NCBI GenBank assembly: GCA_023129115.1 | Contig: JAGMCR010000003.1 | Location: 104,500-168,499, forward strand | Direction of reading: 5' to 3' | DNA: 64,000 bases | Source of the DNA: Candidatus Iainarchaeum sp. | Lineage (GTDB): Archaea; B1Sed10-29; WALL01 | Part shown: piece after piece, positions 48,146 through 57,774 of the stretch | Numbering within the stretch: position 1 is the stretch's first letter | Layout of the letters: each line of letters opens with the position of its first letter | Program-made: the position numbers and the translations under genes | The notes under the pieces: model-generated | The model's input: the letters and a program-made list of their open reading frames with translations, nothing else | What the model was told of the DNA's origin: nothing | The model's database searches: none

Positions 48146-48943
48146 ATGCCAAAAAAGCCCGAGAAAAAGCACACGTGGGCAAGGACCGAGCTGAGCGAGG
48201 ACTATTTCATACCCCACGGGCCTCTTTTGCCTGATGTTGCTAATGCCCCGCGGGTTACACGGGTCGACGAGGACGGGTCAAAAATCCATTACCGGCTGAA
48301 GCGCTCCGCGGAGTCTGAAGAAGCGGCGCTTGGAGAGATTGCCGTCGGGAAAGAGTTGAACAGCATCGGCGTAATCGCTCCGTTCCCGGAAAAAGTTGAG
48401 GGCCCTGCCGGAAAGGGCGGCAAAAAGGGGTCTTTGCTCCTTTATCCCGAGATTGAGGGCGAGGTATTGGCCGATAAGCTTGTGGAGGGCGTTGAAAACA
48501 ACGACTTGTCTTTCACGGAATTATTTTCATTGATTGGAGAAGAGGACGGGAGGATAGTCAAGCACGCCCTCAAGACCGGCAAAAGCGAGCTGCTCTCTTT
48601 TGAGCACGTCGACCACCATGTATTGGTTACCCCCGAGGGCGGCATTGCACGGATAGACGTGGCGCCATTTCCCAAGGCCATGAAACGGCTGGCAAACGAA
48701 AAGCTCACAAAAGAGACCGCGCTCCTCGAGCTCCTGCGGCCGTTCTTCATAGGCACAAGCAATTCAATCGCTTTCCAGGCAGAGGGCCCCCGCTCAGTAA
48801 AAACAAGGGCAATCAAGGGGGTCATTGACAACTACTTCAAGGGCGTAGAAAAAGTGTTGGGGACTGGCACGGCAAAAAGCGCAAAGAAAAAGATTCTGAA
48901 GAAGCTCAGATCCCAGGGCTACGCCGACTACCTGCCAGACTAG
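48146..48943 (+). CDS. Divergent protein-kinase-like (Bud32/Kdo-like) fold protein
   Basis: LK..E...LNSIGVIAP, LLYPEIEGEVL, VLVTPEGGIARID; catalytic HGD not seen. Confidence 0.5.
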   Translation: MPKKPEKKHTWARTELSEDYFIPHGPLLPDVANAPRVTRVDEDGSKIHYRLKRSAESEEAALGEIAVGKELNSIGVIAPFPEKVEGPAGKGGKKGSLLLYPEIEGEVLADKLVEGVENNDLSFTELFSLIGEEDGRIVKHALKTGKSELLSFEHVDHHVLVTPEGGIARIDVAPFPKAMKRLANEKLTKETALLELLRPFFIGTSNSIAFQAEGPRSVKTRAIKGVIDNYFKGVEKVLGTGTAKSAKKKILKKLRSQGYADYLPD

Positions 48944-48988
48944 CGGAACCACTTCCAGCAAGCAACCCATTCTTCATCTAGCAACTAC

Positions 48989-49279
48989 TTACAAAGTGTC
49001 CTGCATATAAGAGACCACGATAGCAATCATCTTTTTAACTGTCTCATCACAATTTTTGAACTTTAGCCTATCTAAAACTGCAACTCCCTCTCTCCTTATT
49101 ACTTCACTTATCAACGCATGAATAAATGATTGTGTAGCCGATGTCACACCTTCAAAATCAAGTGCCACTTTTTCATTTTCTTCCAACGCCGGAGTCAATT
49201 CGCTTATTCTAATGGCTTTTGCAACATCTTTATTCTCAGCAAAACTTCCGGTCTTTGGAAATAGCTTTATCTCTTTCAT
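48989..49279 (-). CDS. STAS-like DUF4325 protein
   Basis: VALDFEGVTSATQSFIHAL; AT-rich. Confidence 0.85.
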   Translation of the reverse strand: MKEIKLFPKTGSFAENKDVAKAIRISELTPALEENEKVALDFEGVTSATQSFIHALISEVIRREGVAVLDRLKFKNCDETVKKMIAIVVSYMQDTL

Positions 49280-50241
49280 ATGAATTTCGCCTTCTTAAAC
49301 CCGTTCTTTTTTCTTTTTTTGTGGTGTTTTTGGTACGTATCACCGATTAAATCCAATAGGGCAGTAAATGGTTGGTGCTTATCTAGGGAGATGTCCACCC
49401 CCACCAGAGTTCCCTGCCAATAAGGAAAATCATCATGTTTGGAATGCCGGTCTTTGAATGGTCCTAGATACAGCTTCCTTCTTTCTTTCTCCTTACTCTT
49501 CAGTAATTTATACATGCCGCTCCCACTGTAAATAACAAAAAAATCCCCATTAACTTTAGCTATGGATTTTATGAAGAATAATCCTGCGCCGGCGTTGACA
49601 GCATTTCCGCCAAAGCGCTTGGTTGCTCCAGTAATGCCTGGAGTCAAAGCCAAACCTATGGCCTCAGTATCAGTAGAAGCAGGGTGTGACTCATTGATAG
49701 TCCGCTTAATCCCCAAGCCAGTATCAGCAACACCCACTTTGATGCTATTACTCTTTGGATAAAACTGTGCGCAAACAATGGCCCCATATGGGGAATAGGA
49801 GTGTTCAAATACGTTTCTAACCAATTCACTTATAACATATTTGAGGGGGTTTACTCGTTCTGGTTCCGCGTGCAGTAATGGAATCATCTCCGTGATGAAG
49901 CGATTTAAACTCTCTGAATCGCGAATTCTGGTTAGGGGTATAAACCGCCCGGATGGGTCATGTTCAGTTACTGGCTGTTGACCTGTGCTGCCTAAAAACT
50001 TGAATAAACCCATTCTTTCAAAATATGGCCGAGATTTTGCCTGCATTGTCTCTACATTTATCTTTGATTTATCTGCTATCGGAAGACTTAGGGCGGCCAC
50101 CATGGACAAGACCATGGGATGAACATAGACCCATTTTGGGTGTGAACTCAAGGTAAGTGTACTAGGGTCACGCGGGTCAAATTCCCGGAGAAAGGGGTCT
50201 AAATTCCCTAAAAACGCCCCTGGGGGCAGATTTATCCGCAT
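49276..50241 (-). CDS. HATPase_c (histidine-kinase-like/anti-sigma-like) ATP-binding protein
   Basis: SELVRNVFEHS, VADTGLGI, NAGAGLF, WQGTLV; ATGA overlap with DUF4325. Confidence 0.85.
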   Translation of the reverse strand: MRINLPPGAFLGNLDPFLREFDPRDPSTLTLSSHPKWVYVHPMVLSMVAALSLPIADKSKINVETMQAKSRPYFERMGLFKFLGSTGQQPVTEHDPSGRFIPLTRIRDSESLNRFITEMIPLLHAEPERVNPLKYVISELVRNVFEHSYSPYGAIVCAQFYPKSNSIKVGVADTGLGIKRTINESHPASTDTEAIGLALTPGITGATKRFGGNAVNAGAGLFFIKSIAKVNGDFFVIYSGSGMYKLLKSKEKERRKLYLGPFKDRHSKHDDFPYWQGTLVGVDISLDKHQPFTALLDLIGDTYQKHHKKRKKNGFKKAKFI

Positions 50242-50327
50242 GAACCTAGTTATAGCCCCCTGTATTTATAAACATTTGCTAAATCTTCCAGGAATCCTGG
50301 AAGATTTGGCTATATTTGGGGTTTTTC

Positions 50328-51083
50328 CTACTCAAGAGCTATCAGCGGAATAACGTCCAGCAAGTCACTCGCCACGAACCCGTAGCCCATTTCTTCCAGC
50401 AGCGCGTCCCCGGCGAGCCCGTTCACCCGCGCCGCTTCCGCAGCCGCCTTGAACAGTGGCATTCCCTGCGCCACGAGCCCAGCCACCAGGCCAGCTAAGC
50501 AGTCTCCTGATCCACCAACTGTCATCCCGTCGTTGCCGGTCCTGTTCTCGACAAGCCTCGACCCGTCAGTTATTATGTCGGTTGGCCCCTTGAGCAACAC
50601 AACACAATCCTTCTTCGCCGCTTTCTTCGCGTTTGCCTTCGTGGCCTTCTTCCCGAACAGCACTTCAAACTCTTTCGCGTGCGGAGTGACTATGCAGTTC
50701 CTCAGCACCGGCCTCGCCTTCAGCGCGTCCGCGTCAAGCACTTTCTTTGCCTTGATTTCGCTGCAGAGCATGCGCACTGCCTCAAGCGTGCCTGGCTTTT
50801 CCCCAAGCCCTGGCCCGATTACAACGCAGTCAAAGCCCTCAGCCATTTTCGCGAGCACGGGCACGTGCGTCGTCGACAGCTCCCGCCCTAGCAGCTTCTT
50901 GGTAATCAAGTCCGGCGACATCGAGTTAATCGCGTACGCCGCTTTTTCCGGCGCAGCGACAACAGCAATATCACAGCCGCTGCGGAGCGCCGCCATCCCG
51001 GCGAGCGCCGGCGCGCCCACATAGTCCTCACCCCCCCCGATTACTAGCACCCTGCCGTTCTCTCCCTTGTGCTGGCCTCGCAT
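50328..51083 (-). CDS. nnrD: ADP/ATP-dependent NAD(P)H-hydrate dehydratase
   Basis: HKGENGRVLVIGG, IGPGLG, VLDADAL, TPHAKEF, GGSGDCLAG. Confidence 0.93.
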   Translation of the reverse strand: MRGQHKGENGRVLVIGGGEDYVGAPALAGMAALRSGCDIAVVAAPEKAAYAINSMSPDLITKKLLGRELSTTHVPVLAKMAEGFDCVVIGPGLGEKPGTLEAVRMLCSEIKAKKVLDADALKARPVLRNCIVTPHAKEFEVLFGKKATKANAKKAAKKDCVVLLKGPTDIITDGSRLVENRTGNDGMTVGGSGDCLAGLVAGLVAQGMPLFKAAAEAARVNGLAGDALLEEMGYGFVASDLLDVIPLIALE

Positions 51084-51126
51084 GGCTAAGGCTATGCTTT
51101 TGGAAAATAAAAAAGGGTGGGGGGGC

Positions 51127-51753
51127 CTACTCCATGTAGGCCTCTGTGAGCGCAGTGTAGCTCGCGGTGCCCATTATGAAACCGCCGATTGCGGGCCCGA
51201 TGAGGGGTATTATCCCCAAGATTACGCCGACGATGATGCTGAGCACCATCATCACAACCCATGTGATGATGTAGCTCCCCCTGAACGCCTTCTTGAAGAT
51301 TGTCTTGAAGTCAAAGAAGGCGTTGACATTACCTGTCTTGGCGTAGCCGATTACCGCGGCCGGCAGCAGAATCATCGCGACCAGCGCGAGCAGAGCCCCA
51401 ATCAGGAAAAAGATTCCTGCGCCTGCAAGCCCCCCAATAAGTGCGCTTGGGTCTGTCATCATTCCCGCGATTCCACCCACTGCAAGCGATCCCGCGCCAA
51501 TGACGACAACGATTATGGCGGGGATTGTGTACACAATCATCATGGCCACCAGGATAAGCCCCTTGACGAACAGGTTGCCCCAGTCGTCCCATTTTGGCAT
51601 GCCGTAGTTCTTCTTCAGTGTGGCACCAGCGATGTTGACGAAGTAGCCGAACACCAAGAAGTTCACTATTGGGATAATGGACAGGACAATGCCTATCGCC
51701 AATGTCCCCATGTCTTCAAAAGGTCTCTTTAATGCTCTCGTATAATCAACCAT
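51127..51753 (-). CDS. DUF4013 membrane protein
   Basis: ALKRPF, IIPIVNFLVFGY, MPKWDDWGNLFVKGL. Confidence 0.85.
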   Translation of the reverse strand: MVDYTRALKRPFEDMGTLAIGIVLSIIPIVNFLVFGYFVNIAGATLKKNYGMPKWDDWGNLFVKGLILVAMMIVYTIPAIIVVVIGAGSLAVGGIAGMMTDPSALIGGLAGAGIFFLIGALLALVAMILLPAAVIGYAKTGNVNAFFDFKTIFKKAFRGSYIITWVVMMVLSIIVGVILGIIPLIGPAIGGFIMGTASYTALTEAYME

Positions 51754-51834
51754 GTGGTTCACCTGCCCAAAAAAACTCGCGCCGGCTTAATAAAGCTTTA
51801 CCACTTTTAAACTCCGGCGCACTAATTATACACC

Positions 51835-52653
51835 ATGGCCAAACCGCTCCACGAGAACAAGAAATTCCAGAAAACCCTGAAACAAAACGTGAAAAAGCAC
51901 AGCCTCCGCGCAGGCATCGAGAAGACTTTCGAGGAATACCCGCAGATGGGCACCACGGACGTCCGTCTCACGCTCAAGGCCCTGCAGAAGGACTCCTCCA
52001 TCTATAGCGCGTTCAACAAGCTGAAGAGCGCGGGCAAGATACGCTCCGTTGGCAAGGGCGTGTACGAGTCGACGAAGCGCGGCAAGACGGGCGAGACCCT
52101 CATCCAGGCGCGAAGGAACTTCGACGGCATGGCGCTGCACCTCAGCCCGTCCCGGGGGGAACTGGACAAGCTAGTTATCTTCGTGCACACAAAGCTCTCG
52201 ACGACCGGCACGACAACAGGTGACGTTGTTAACTATATCTTCGAGAACATGGGGCACCACGTCGACAAGAAGTACGGTGAAGAGGACAGGGAGTACAAGA
52301 GGACCAAGCTCAGGAACGCGGTGAGCCAGAGGTTCGTCCAGCTGAAGAGGAACAAAGTAACTGGCTCGGTTAGGTTCCCTGCCATCCATTACTATCCCGG
52401 TGTCGAGATTGACACCAGCGGCTTCGAGAAGCCCAAGAAGGAAAGGAAAAAGCACGAGAAAAAAGACACGCGCACTTACCCAATAGCCGGCACTCGCCGG
52501 GAGTGGACTATCGACGAAGTTGTAAAGGTACTCGGCAAGAAAGACAAAAACGCAAGGAAACTAAAAATTTTCCTAAACCTCAACCCAAAATTCCACATGG
52601 AGTTGCTTGACAACGAAAAAATAAGGAAGGCCCTGTGGGGGCTAAATCGCTAG
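51835..52653 (+). CDS. Hypothetical basic protein, possible winged helix
   Basis: SIYSAFNKLKSAGKIRSVGKGVY resembles a wHTH wing. Confidence 0.65.
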   Translation: MAKPLHENKKFQKTLKQNVKKHSLRAGIEKTFEEYPQMGTTDVRLTLKALQKDSSIYSAFNKLKSAGKIRSVGKGVYESTKRGKTGETLIQARRNFDGMALHLSPSRGELDKLVIFVHTKLSTTGTTTGDVVNYIFENMGHHVDKKYGEEDREYKRTKLRNAVSQRFVQLKRNKVTGSVRFPAIHYYPGVEIDTSGFEKPKKERKKHEKKDTRTYPIAGTRREWTIDEVVKVLGKKDKNARKLKIFLNLNPKFHMELLDNEKIRKALWGLNR

Positions 52654-53405
52654 CCGAACCACTCTTTTCGGACGGGGTAGATGTCCCTGGCATGGAGCCA
52701 TAGCTCCATTCCTTCCAAGAACCCGAACCAGTACACCACTATGCCCGGGCCCCAGAGCTCGGTGTATGGCTTGAGCTGCACGGTGTAGTCGCGCCGCAGC
52801 TTCTTCATGTCGCCGAACGAGCCCTTGCTCTCTATCCAGTTCACCTGCTTCTTCTCGCCGTCGACATCAATATCAATCGGCTTGTCCAGCAGGAAATCAA
52901 CCGTTTTCCCGCTCCCCTTCAAGTCTTCCTCGGTCTTGTAGACCATCGCGCGGTCGTCGAGCCACTTCGCAATCCGTGCCTCGCCCTCCTCGCCGCGCTG
53001 CTTTTGTATCTCGTAGCCCTTGGTGGAGTAGACGAGGTCGCATTCCTGTGCCCGCTCCAGCTCCTTGCGTATGCGCCTGTCCTTGACCGAGTTGTAGTCG
53101 GCCAGTGCGTTCCGGACCTCTTTCTTGGTCATGCCGTGCTCCCTCAGCACGATGCTCGCCATCAGTACCGGGGAAAACCTGTGCTTGCTCGCGAGGTGGT
53201 CGAACGACCTGCCGCGCCGCCACTCGTCGAGCAGCCTGTCGCTCTTGGCAGTGACCTGGTAGTAGCTCCGCTTGATGTCGCGGACATGCTTCTCAGTATA
53301 CAGGACCAGGAGCAATTCCCGGTCATACCCTTCTCCCGCGAGGCGCTCAATGTCCTCGCCGCCCTTCAGCTGTTTCCACAGCTCGTTGTACTCTGTTATG
53401 TTCAT
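52650..53405 (-). CDS. CDIN1/C15orf41-like (TPD domain) PD-(D/E)xK nuclease
   Basis: G.EGE, KTVDFLL, WIESKGSFGD, WGPGIVVYWFGF. Confidence 0.85.
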   Translation of the reverse strand: MNITEYNELWKQLKGGEDIERLAGEGYDRELLLVLYTEKHVRDIKRSYYQVTAKSDRLLDEWRRGRSFDHLASKHRFSPVLMASIVLREHGMTKKEVRNALADYNSVKDRRIRKELERAQECDLVYSTKGYEIQKQRGEEGEARIAKWLDDRAMVYKTEEDLKGSGKTVDFLLDKPIDIDVDGEKKQVNWIESKGSFGDMKKLRRDYTVQLKPYTELWGPGIVVYWFGFLEGMELWLHARDIYPVRKEWFG

Positions 53406-53412
53406 CGAATTT

Positions 53413-53774
53413 GGCTCAAGGAAGCCCACGGTTTTAATCGTGGGAGAAGTTGAGCCTCCCTCCTGTTCTCTCGGCAACCTGTAGCCGAATGGTTTTTAAG
53501 CGCCGATTGGCGTAAATGTTTTATCGCCATGGGAGCGGGCTTAGCCCAGTTTTCCCGTGGGCAGGTCGTCTCTGGAGTTTCCCAGAGCAAGGGTAACCCG
53601 ACCTTTGCGCTTAACAATGACGCCAACGGGCTCAAAAGGCACTGCGTGCCAATGCCCTTGGCTGAGTATGAGCCTTCCGCAAGGCTTTCTTGTGGACGCT
53701 TCCCGCGAGGGAACGTTAGATAACGAATTTCAACCACCTGAAGGCCCACGACTTTAGCCGTGGGAAGAGGTTAC
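53413..53774 (+). mobile_element. Non-coding IS200/IS605-type element (PATE-like)
   Basis: Related subterminal hairpins CCCACGGTTTTAATCGTGGG (53425-53444) and CCCACGACTTTAGCCGTGGG (53745-53764), end GAGGTTAC; no transposase or TnpB ORF. Confidence 0.75.
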
Positions 53775-53794
53775 CTCTAGCTCCCCTTTACACA
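53525..53794 (+). ncRNA. Putative stand-alone omega-RNA-like structured RNA
   Basis: TTTTTAAG box 53493-53500; consecutive hairpins; GTAACC 53593-53598 complementary to terminal GGTTAC 53769-53774. Confidence 0.5.
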
Positions 53795-53841
53795 AAAGAA
53801 GCAGTAATCTTATTATGCACTACAGTCAATATAAAAACCTT

Positions 53842-54402
53842 ATGGCGAAAATCCCGCAGGCAGAGGGAAAACAGCTCCTCGCGCTGGCAAGGAAAGCGAT
53901 AACCACCTACCTAGAGAAGCGCGAAAGGATTTCCCCGCCGAAAGAGCCATCGGAAAAGCGCGGCGTGTTCTGCACCCTGAGGACCCGCCACGACGTGCTC
54001 CGCGGCTGCATCGGCCTGCCCTACCCAACCAAGCCGCTCGCAGAAGCGATTGTCGAGGCCGCCATCTCCTCCGCGGCAGGCGACCCGCGGTTCAAGCCCG
54101 TCACTGCCGAAGAGCTTGGCGAAATCAGGATAGAGCTGACCGTCCTCACCACTCCCGAAGAGCTGGAATGCCCCAAGGCAGAAATGCCAGGCAAAATCGA
54201 AATCGGCCGCCACGGCCTAATCGTCAAGGGCCAGTACACCAGCGGCCTCCTCCTCCCCCAGGTGGCCGTCGAGAACGGCCCGTGGTCGCCTGTCGAGTTC
54301 CTCGAGGCGACCTGCTGGAAGGCCGGGCTGCCGCCGCAGGCGTGGAAAGAAGAAGGCGTCAAAATCTCTTTGTTCGAGGGCCAAATCTTCACCGAGGGCT
54401 AG
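53842..54402 (+). CDS. AMMECR1-domain protein
   Basis: GVFCTL, LRGCIG, DPRF, GRHGL, GLLLPQV, KAGL. Confidence 0.93.
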   Translation: MAKIPQAEGKQLLALARKAITTYLEKRERISPPKEPSEKRGVFCTLRTRHDVLRGCIGLPYPTKPLAEAIVEAAISSAAGDPRFKPVTAEELGEIRIELTVLTTPEELECPKAEMPGKIEIGRHGLIVKGQYTSGLLLPQVAVENGPWSPVEFLEATCWKAGLPPQAWKEEGVKISLFEGQIFTEG

Positions 54403-54656
54403 AGCATTGCCTTGGCCATTTTCCTTGCTTTCCGCAAGCATTTTTTATGAAAATATTGGCCTGCCCACTTCTTGTCAGCGCCTGGCTGGCCGCACACCGA
54501 GCACTCCGGCCCGTCACCGTATTCCTGTGCCGGAGCTTCCTCTTTTTTCGCGCCAGCGGATTGGGGGGTGGCGCCGGTTTGGCGCAACCCCCCGGCTTTC
54601 TCTTCACCGGCTTCCTTGTCTTCCCTGAAAGGGTTAACCTTGTCGAGCAGCCCCAT
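54399..54656 (-). CDS. Small Zn-finger-like protein
   Basis: CSVC...FHKKC; TGATG overlap with glyA stop. Confidence 0.7.
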   Translation of the reverse strand: MGLLDKVNPFREDKEAGEEKAGGLRQTGATPQSAGAKKEEAPAQEYGDGPECSVCGQPGADKKWAGQYFHKKCLRKARKMAKAML

Positions 54657-55903
54657 CAGAAATCAATCTCCGGGTAGAGCGGGAACTTCCCAGTGAGCGC
54701 GTGCACTTCTTCCTTTAGCGAAGCGAGCTTTGCCTCGTCTCCCTTGTTTGCTATCGCGGTGTCAATCAAGCGCGCAATCTCTTTCATCTCGCTTTCCTTG
54801 AGCCCCCTGGTAGTCATCGCCGGAGTGCCCAGCCTTATGCCGCTCGCGACCCACGGCTTCTGCGGGTCGTTGGGAATCATGTTTCGGTTGACAGAAATGT
54901 CAATCTTTTCGAGCAATTGCTCGGCCTCCCTGCCGGTCACTCCCTTTTCCTGCAGGTCCACGAGCATCAAGTGGTTGTCCGTCCCGCCGCTCACGAGCCT
55001 GTACCCAAGCGCCATCATCTCGCCCGCAAGCACCTTTGCATTGGCGACAACCTGCTTGGCGTAGTCCTTGAACTCCGGCCGCAAGGCCTCGCCGAACGCC
55101 ACGGCTTTTGCGGCAATCATGTTCTCGATTGGCCCGCCCTGCAGCCCGGGGAAGACTGCCTTGTCGACCGCTTTGGCAAGCCCTTCCTTGCACAAAATCA
55201 TCGCGCCCTTTGGGCCGCGCAGCGTCTTGTGCGTCGTTGTCATAACAACGTCCATGTGCGGGAGCGGCTGGGGGTGCGCCCCGCCAGCAATCAGTCCCGC
55301 GATGTGCGCGACGTCCGCCATCGCGACAGCGCCAACGTCTTTCGCAATCTCACCGAACTCCTTGAAATCAACTATGCGGGGGTAAACAGTGTAGCCGCAC
55401 AGCAGCAATTGAGGCTTTTCCTCTTCCGCCCTCTTCCGGACGTGGTCCATGTCAATCTGCTCGGTCTCGGAGTCTAGGTTATAAGAGGCAATCTTGTAGA
55501 ACTGTCCCGAGAAATTCACCGGAGACCCATGCGTCAGGTGCCCGCCCTTCGGGAGGTCAAGCGAGAGTATCTTGTCACCCAGTTTGATGGTGGCGAAGTA
55601 GATCTCCATGTTCGCCTGCGAGCCGGCGTGGGGCTGCACGTTGGCGTGGTCGGCGTTGAACAGCTTCTTTGCCCGCTCAATCGCGAGGTTCTCGCTCATG
55701 TCGATGAACTGGTTGCCGCCGTAGTACCGCTTGCCGGGGTACCCCTCTGAATATTTATTATTCAGCCAGCTGCCCATGGCCTCCATTACCGCCACCGAGA
55801 CAAAGTTCTCTGACGCTATGAGCTCGATGCTCTGCCTCTGCCTCTCGAGCTCGAGGCCCATTGCCTCGGCGAGTTCCGGGTCTAAAGACCTCAGTTTTCC
55901 CAT
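54656..55903 (-). CDS. glyA: Serine hydroxymethyltransferase
   Basis: [44 protein letters not shown]. Confidence 0.96.
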   Translation of the reverse strand: MGKLRSLDPELAEAMGLELERQRQSIELIASENFVSVAVMEAMGSWLNNKYSEGYPGKRYYGGNQFIDMSENLAIERAKKLFNADHANVQPHAGSQANMEIYFATIKLGDKILSLDLPKGGHLTHGSPVNFSGQFYKIASYNLDSETEQIDMDHVRKRAEEEKPQLLLCGYTVYPRIVDFKEFGEIAKDVGAVAMADVAHIAGLIAGGAHPQPLPHMDVVMTTTHKTLRGPKGAMILCKEGLAKAVDKAVFPGLQGGPIENMIAAKAVAFGEALRPEFKDYAKQVVANAKVLAGEMMALGYRLVSGGTDNHLMLVDLQEKGVTGREAEQLLEKIDISVNRNMIPNDPQKPWVASGIRLGTPAMTTRGLKESEMKEIARLIDTAIANKGDEAKLASLKEEVHALTGKFPLYPEIDF

Positions 55904-55990
55904 CAAAAACACCCTATTGGAATTAGCTCTTTGGGCTTTATATTCTTGCGGGCGAACCCTTTTATTGCTGTTAAGCCCCAATTCCCCTCC

Positions 55991-56668
55991 ATGCACGTTA
56001 GGCTGGTTAAGTACACCCAAGACCCGGAAAAGACGTGTGCAGTCGCGGCAATGTACAGCGTCAAGGAAAAAGTCCCGGACGAGCTGTTCACAGAAGCGGA
56101 CTACGACAAGGCCATGAACGTGCTCCGCCGCGTCGTTGCCTCAGGCCACCACAGCGTGCTCGAGCACGCGAATTTCACGTTCAACGTTTCTGGAGTGAGC
56201 CGTGCCCTCACCCACCAGCTGGTCCGCCACCGCATCGCGAGCTACACCCAGCAGAGCCAGCGATACGTCAAGCTAAAGGAAAAGGGCTATGTCACCCCTG
56301 AAAAGATTTCTTCGTCCGAGTTCGCCGAGAAGTACGACTCCATGATAGAGAAAATAAACAGCTTCTATCAGGAAATGCTCGACGCCAAAATCCCCGCGGA
56401 GGACGCGCGCTACATCCTCCCAAACGCGGCGCACACCTCAATCGTAATCACGATGAACGCCCGTGAGCTGCTCCACTTTTTCGCCCTGCGCTCGTGCAAC
56501 CGCGCGCAGTGGGAAATCCGCGAGCTCTCTGACGAGATGCTGCGGCAGTGCAAGCAAGCGGCGCCAAAGCTCTTCGAGAAGGCAGGCCCGGGCTGCATCC
56601 GCGGCCCCTGCCCCGAGGGCGAGTGGAGCTGCGGAAAGCCCCGCAACAACGAGCCGTTGTTTTCATGA
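55991..56668 (+). CDS. thyX: FAD-dependent thymidylate synthase
   Basis: [42 protein letters not shown]. Confidence 0.96.
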   Translation: MHVRLVKYTQDPEKTCAVAAMYSVKEKVPDELFTEADYDKAMNVLRRVVASGHHSVLEHANFTFNVSGVSRALTHQLVRHRIASYTQQSQRYVKLKEKGYVTPEKISSSEFAEKYDSMIEKINSFYQEMLDAKIPAEDARYILPNAAHTSIVITMNARELLHFFALRSCNRAQWEIRELSDEMLRQCKQAAPKLFEKAGPGCIRGPCPEGEWSCGKPRNNEPLFS

Positions 56669-57774
56669 AGCATCATCCCTTCCTCGACTCACTTATCCGG
56701 ACGCGCACTCCTTTTGAGGTAGAGCCACTCAAACAAGCCCTTGCCGATGCGGGCAATCCCGAAAAGAGTTTCACCTGCGTCCAGGTCGCGGGCACGAACG
56801 GCAAGGGCAGCACCGCCGCAATGACTGCCAACTCCCTGCCGAAATGCGGCCTCTTCACTTCCCCACACCTCCACGAATTGAACGAGCGCTTTGTTGTCGG
56901 CGGCGCAAGTATTTCTGACCCCGAGTTAAATGAATACATAGAAAAAACAAGGCCACTCGCGGCCAAGCACGGCTTGTCCTTCTTCGAGACAATCACTTTA
57001 CTCGCGTTCCTCTACTTCGCCGACAAGAATTGCGAGTACGCTGTGATGGAAGTCGGGATGGGCGGCCGCCTCGACGCGACGAGCGCGTGCGACCCTGCTG
57101 TGGCGGTAATCACCACCGTGGACTTCGACCACACCCGCCACCTCGGCACCACAATCGCCGAAATCGCGCGCGAGAAGGCGGGAATCATCAAGGGCGGCAC
57201 AGTGGTAACAACCGAAAAAAAGCCGGAAGCCTTGGAAGTAATCAAAGCGAAATGTGCGTCTGAAAACGCAAGACTAGTGCTTGCCGAAAGAAAAAACTTC
57301 AGCCTGTCGCTCGCCGGCGACTACCAGCAGGACAACGCCGCGTGCGCGTACGAGGCGTTATTGGCGTTGGGAGTCAACGAGGCAAAGGCCCGAACGGGCA
57401 TCGAGGCCGCGCGCTGGCCCGGCCGGCTGGAATTAATAAACAACGTTCTCTTCGACTGCGCGCACAACCCCGCTGCCATGAAAGCCCTCGCCGCTTACTT
57501 GCGCGGAAAGGAATTCACTCTCGTCATCGGAATGAAAGCCGATAAAGAATACGGGGCCTGCGTTTCAATCATCGCGCCGCTCGCGAAAAAAGTAATCGTG
57601 ACACAGTACACCGATGGCCCGAACCCGTTGCCTGCCAGTGAATTGTGCGAGGCAGTGAGGGAGCTCACCCCCAACTGCCAAGCCGTGGAGGACCCGCGCG
57701 AGGCGCTGGAAAAGGCAAAAGGCTTCACCGTGGTCGCGGGCTCGATTTTCCTTGTCGGGGAACTGATGCCCTAA
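56665..57774 (+). CDS. folC: Folylpolyglutamate/dihydrofolate synthase
   Basis: VAGTNGKGST, FTSPHL, EVGMGGRLDAT, WPGRLE, DCAHN. Confidence 0.93.
   Translation: MKHHPFLDSLIRTRTPFEVEPLKQALADAGNPEKSFTCVQVAGTNGKGSTAAMTANSLPKCGLFTSPHLHELNERFVVGGASISDPELNEYIEKTRPLAAKHGLSFFETITLLAFLYFADKNCEYAVMEVGMGGRLDATSACDPAVAVITTVDFDHTRHLGTTIAEIAREKAGIIKGGTVVTTEKKPEALEVIKAKCASENARLVLAERKNFSLSLAGDYQQDNAACAYEALLALGVNEAKARTGIEAARWPGRLELINNVLFDCAHNPAAMKALAAYLRGKEFTLVIGMKADKEYGACVSIIAPLAKKVIVTQYTDGPNPLPASELCEAVRELTPNCQAVEDPREALEKAKGFTVVAGSIFLVGELMP

Noticed and set aside
53402-53757. Short ORFs inside the IS-like element; group I intron/IStron interpretation
   Set aside because: The ORFs lack TnpA/TnpB motifs; no P7 core is recognisable and the element is not inside a CDS
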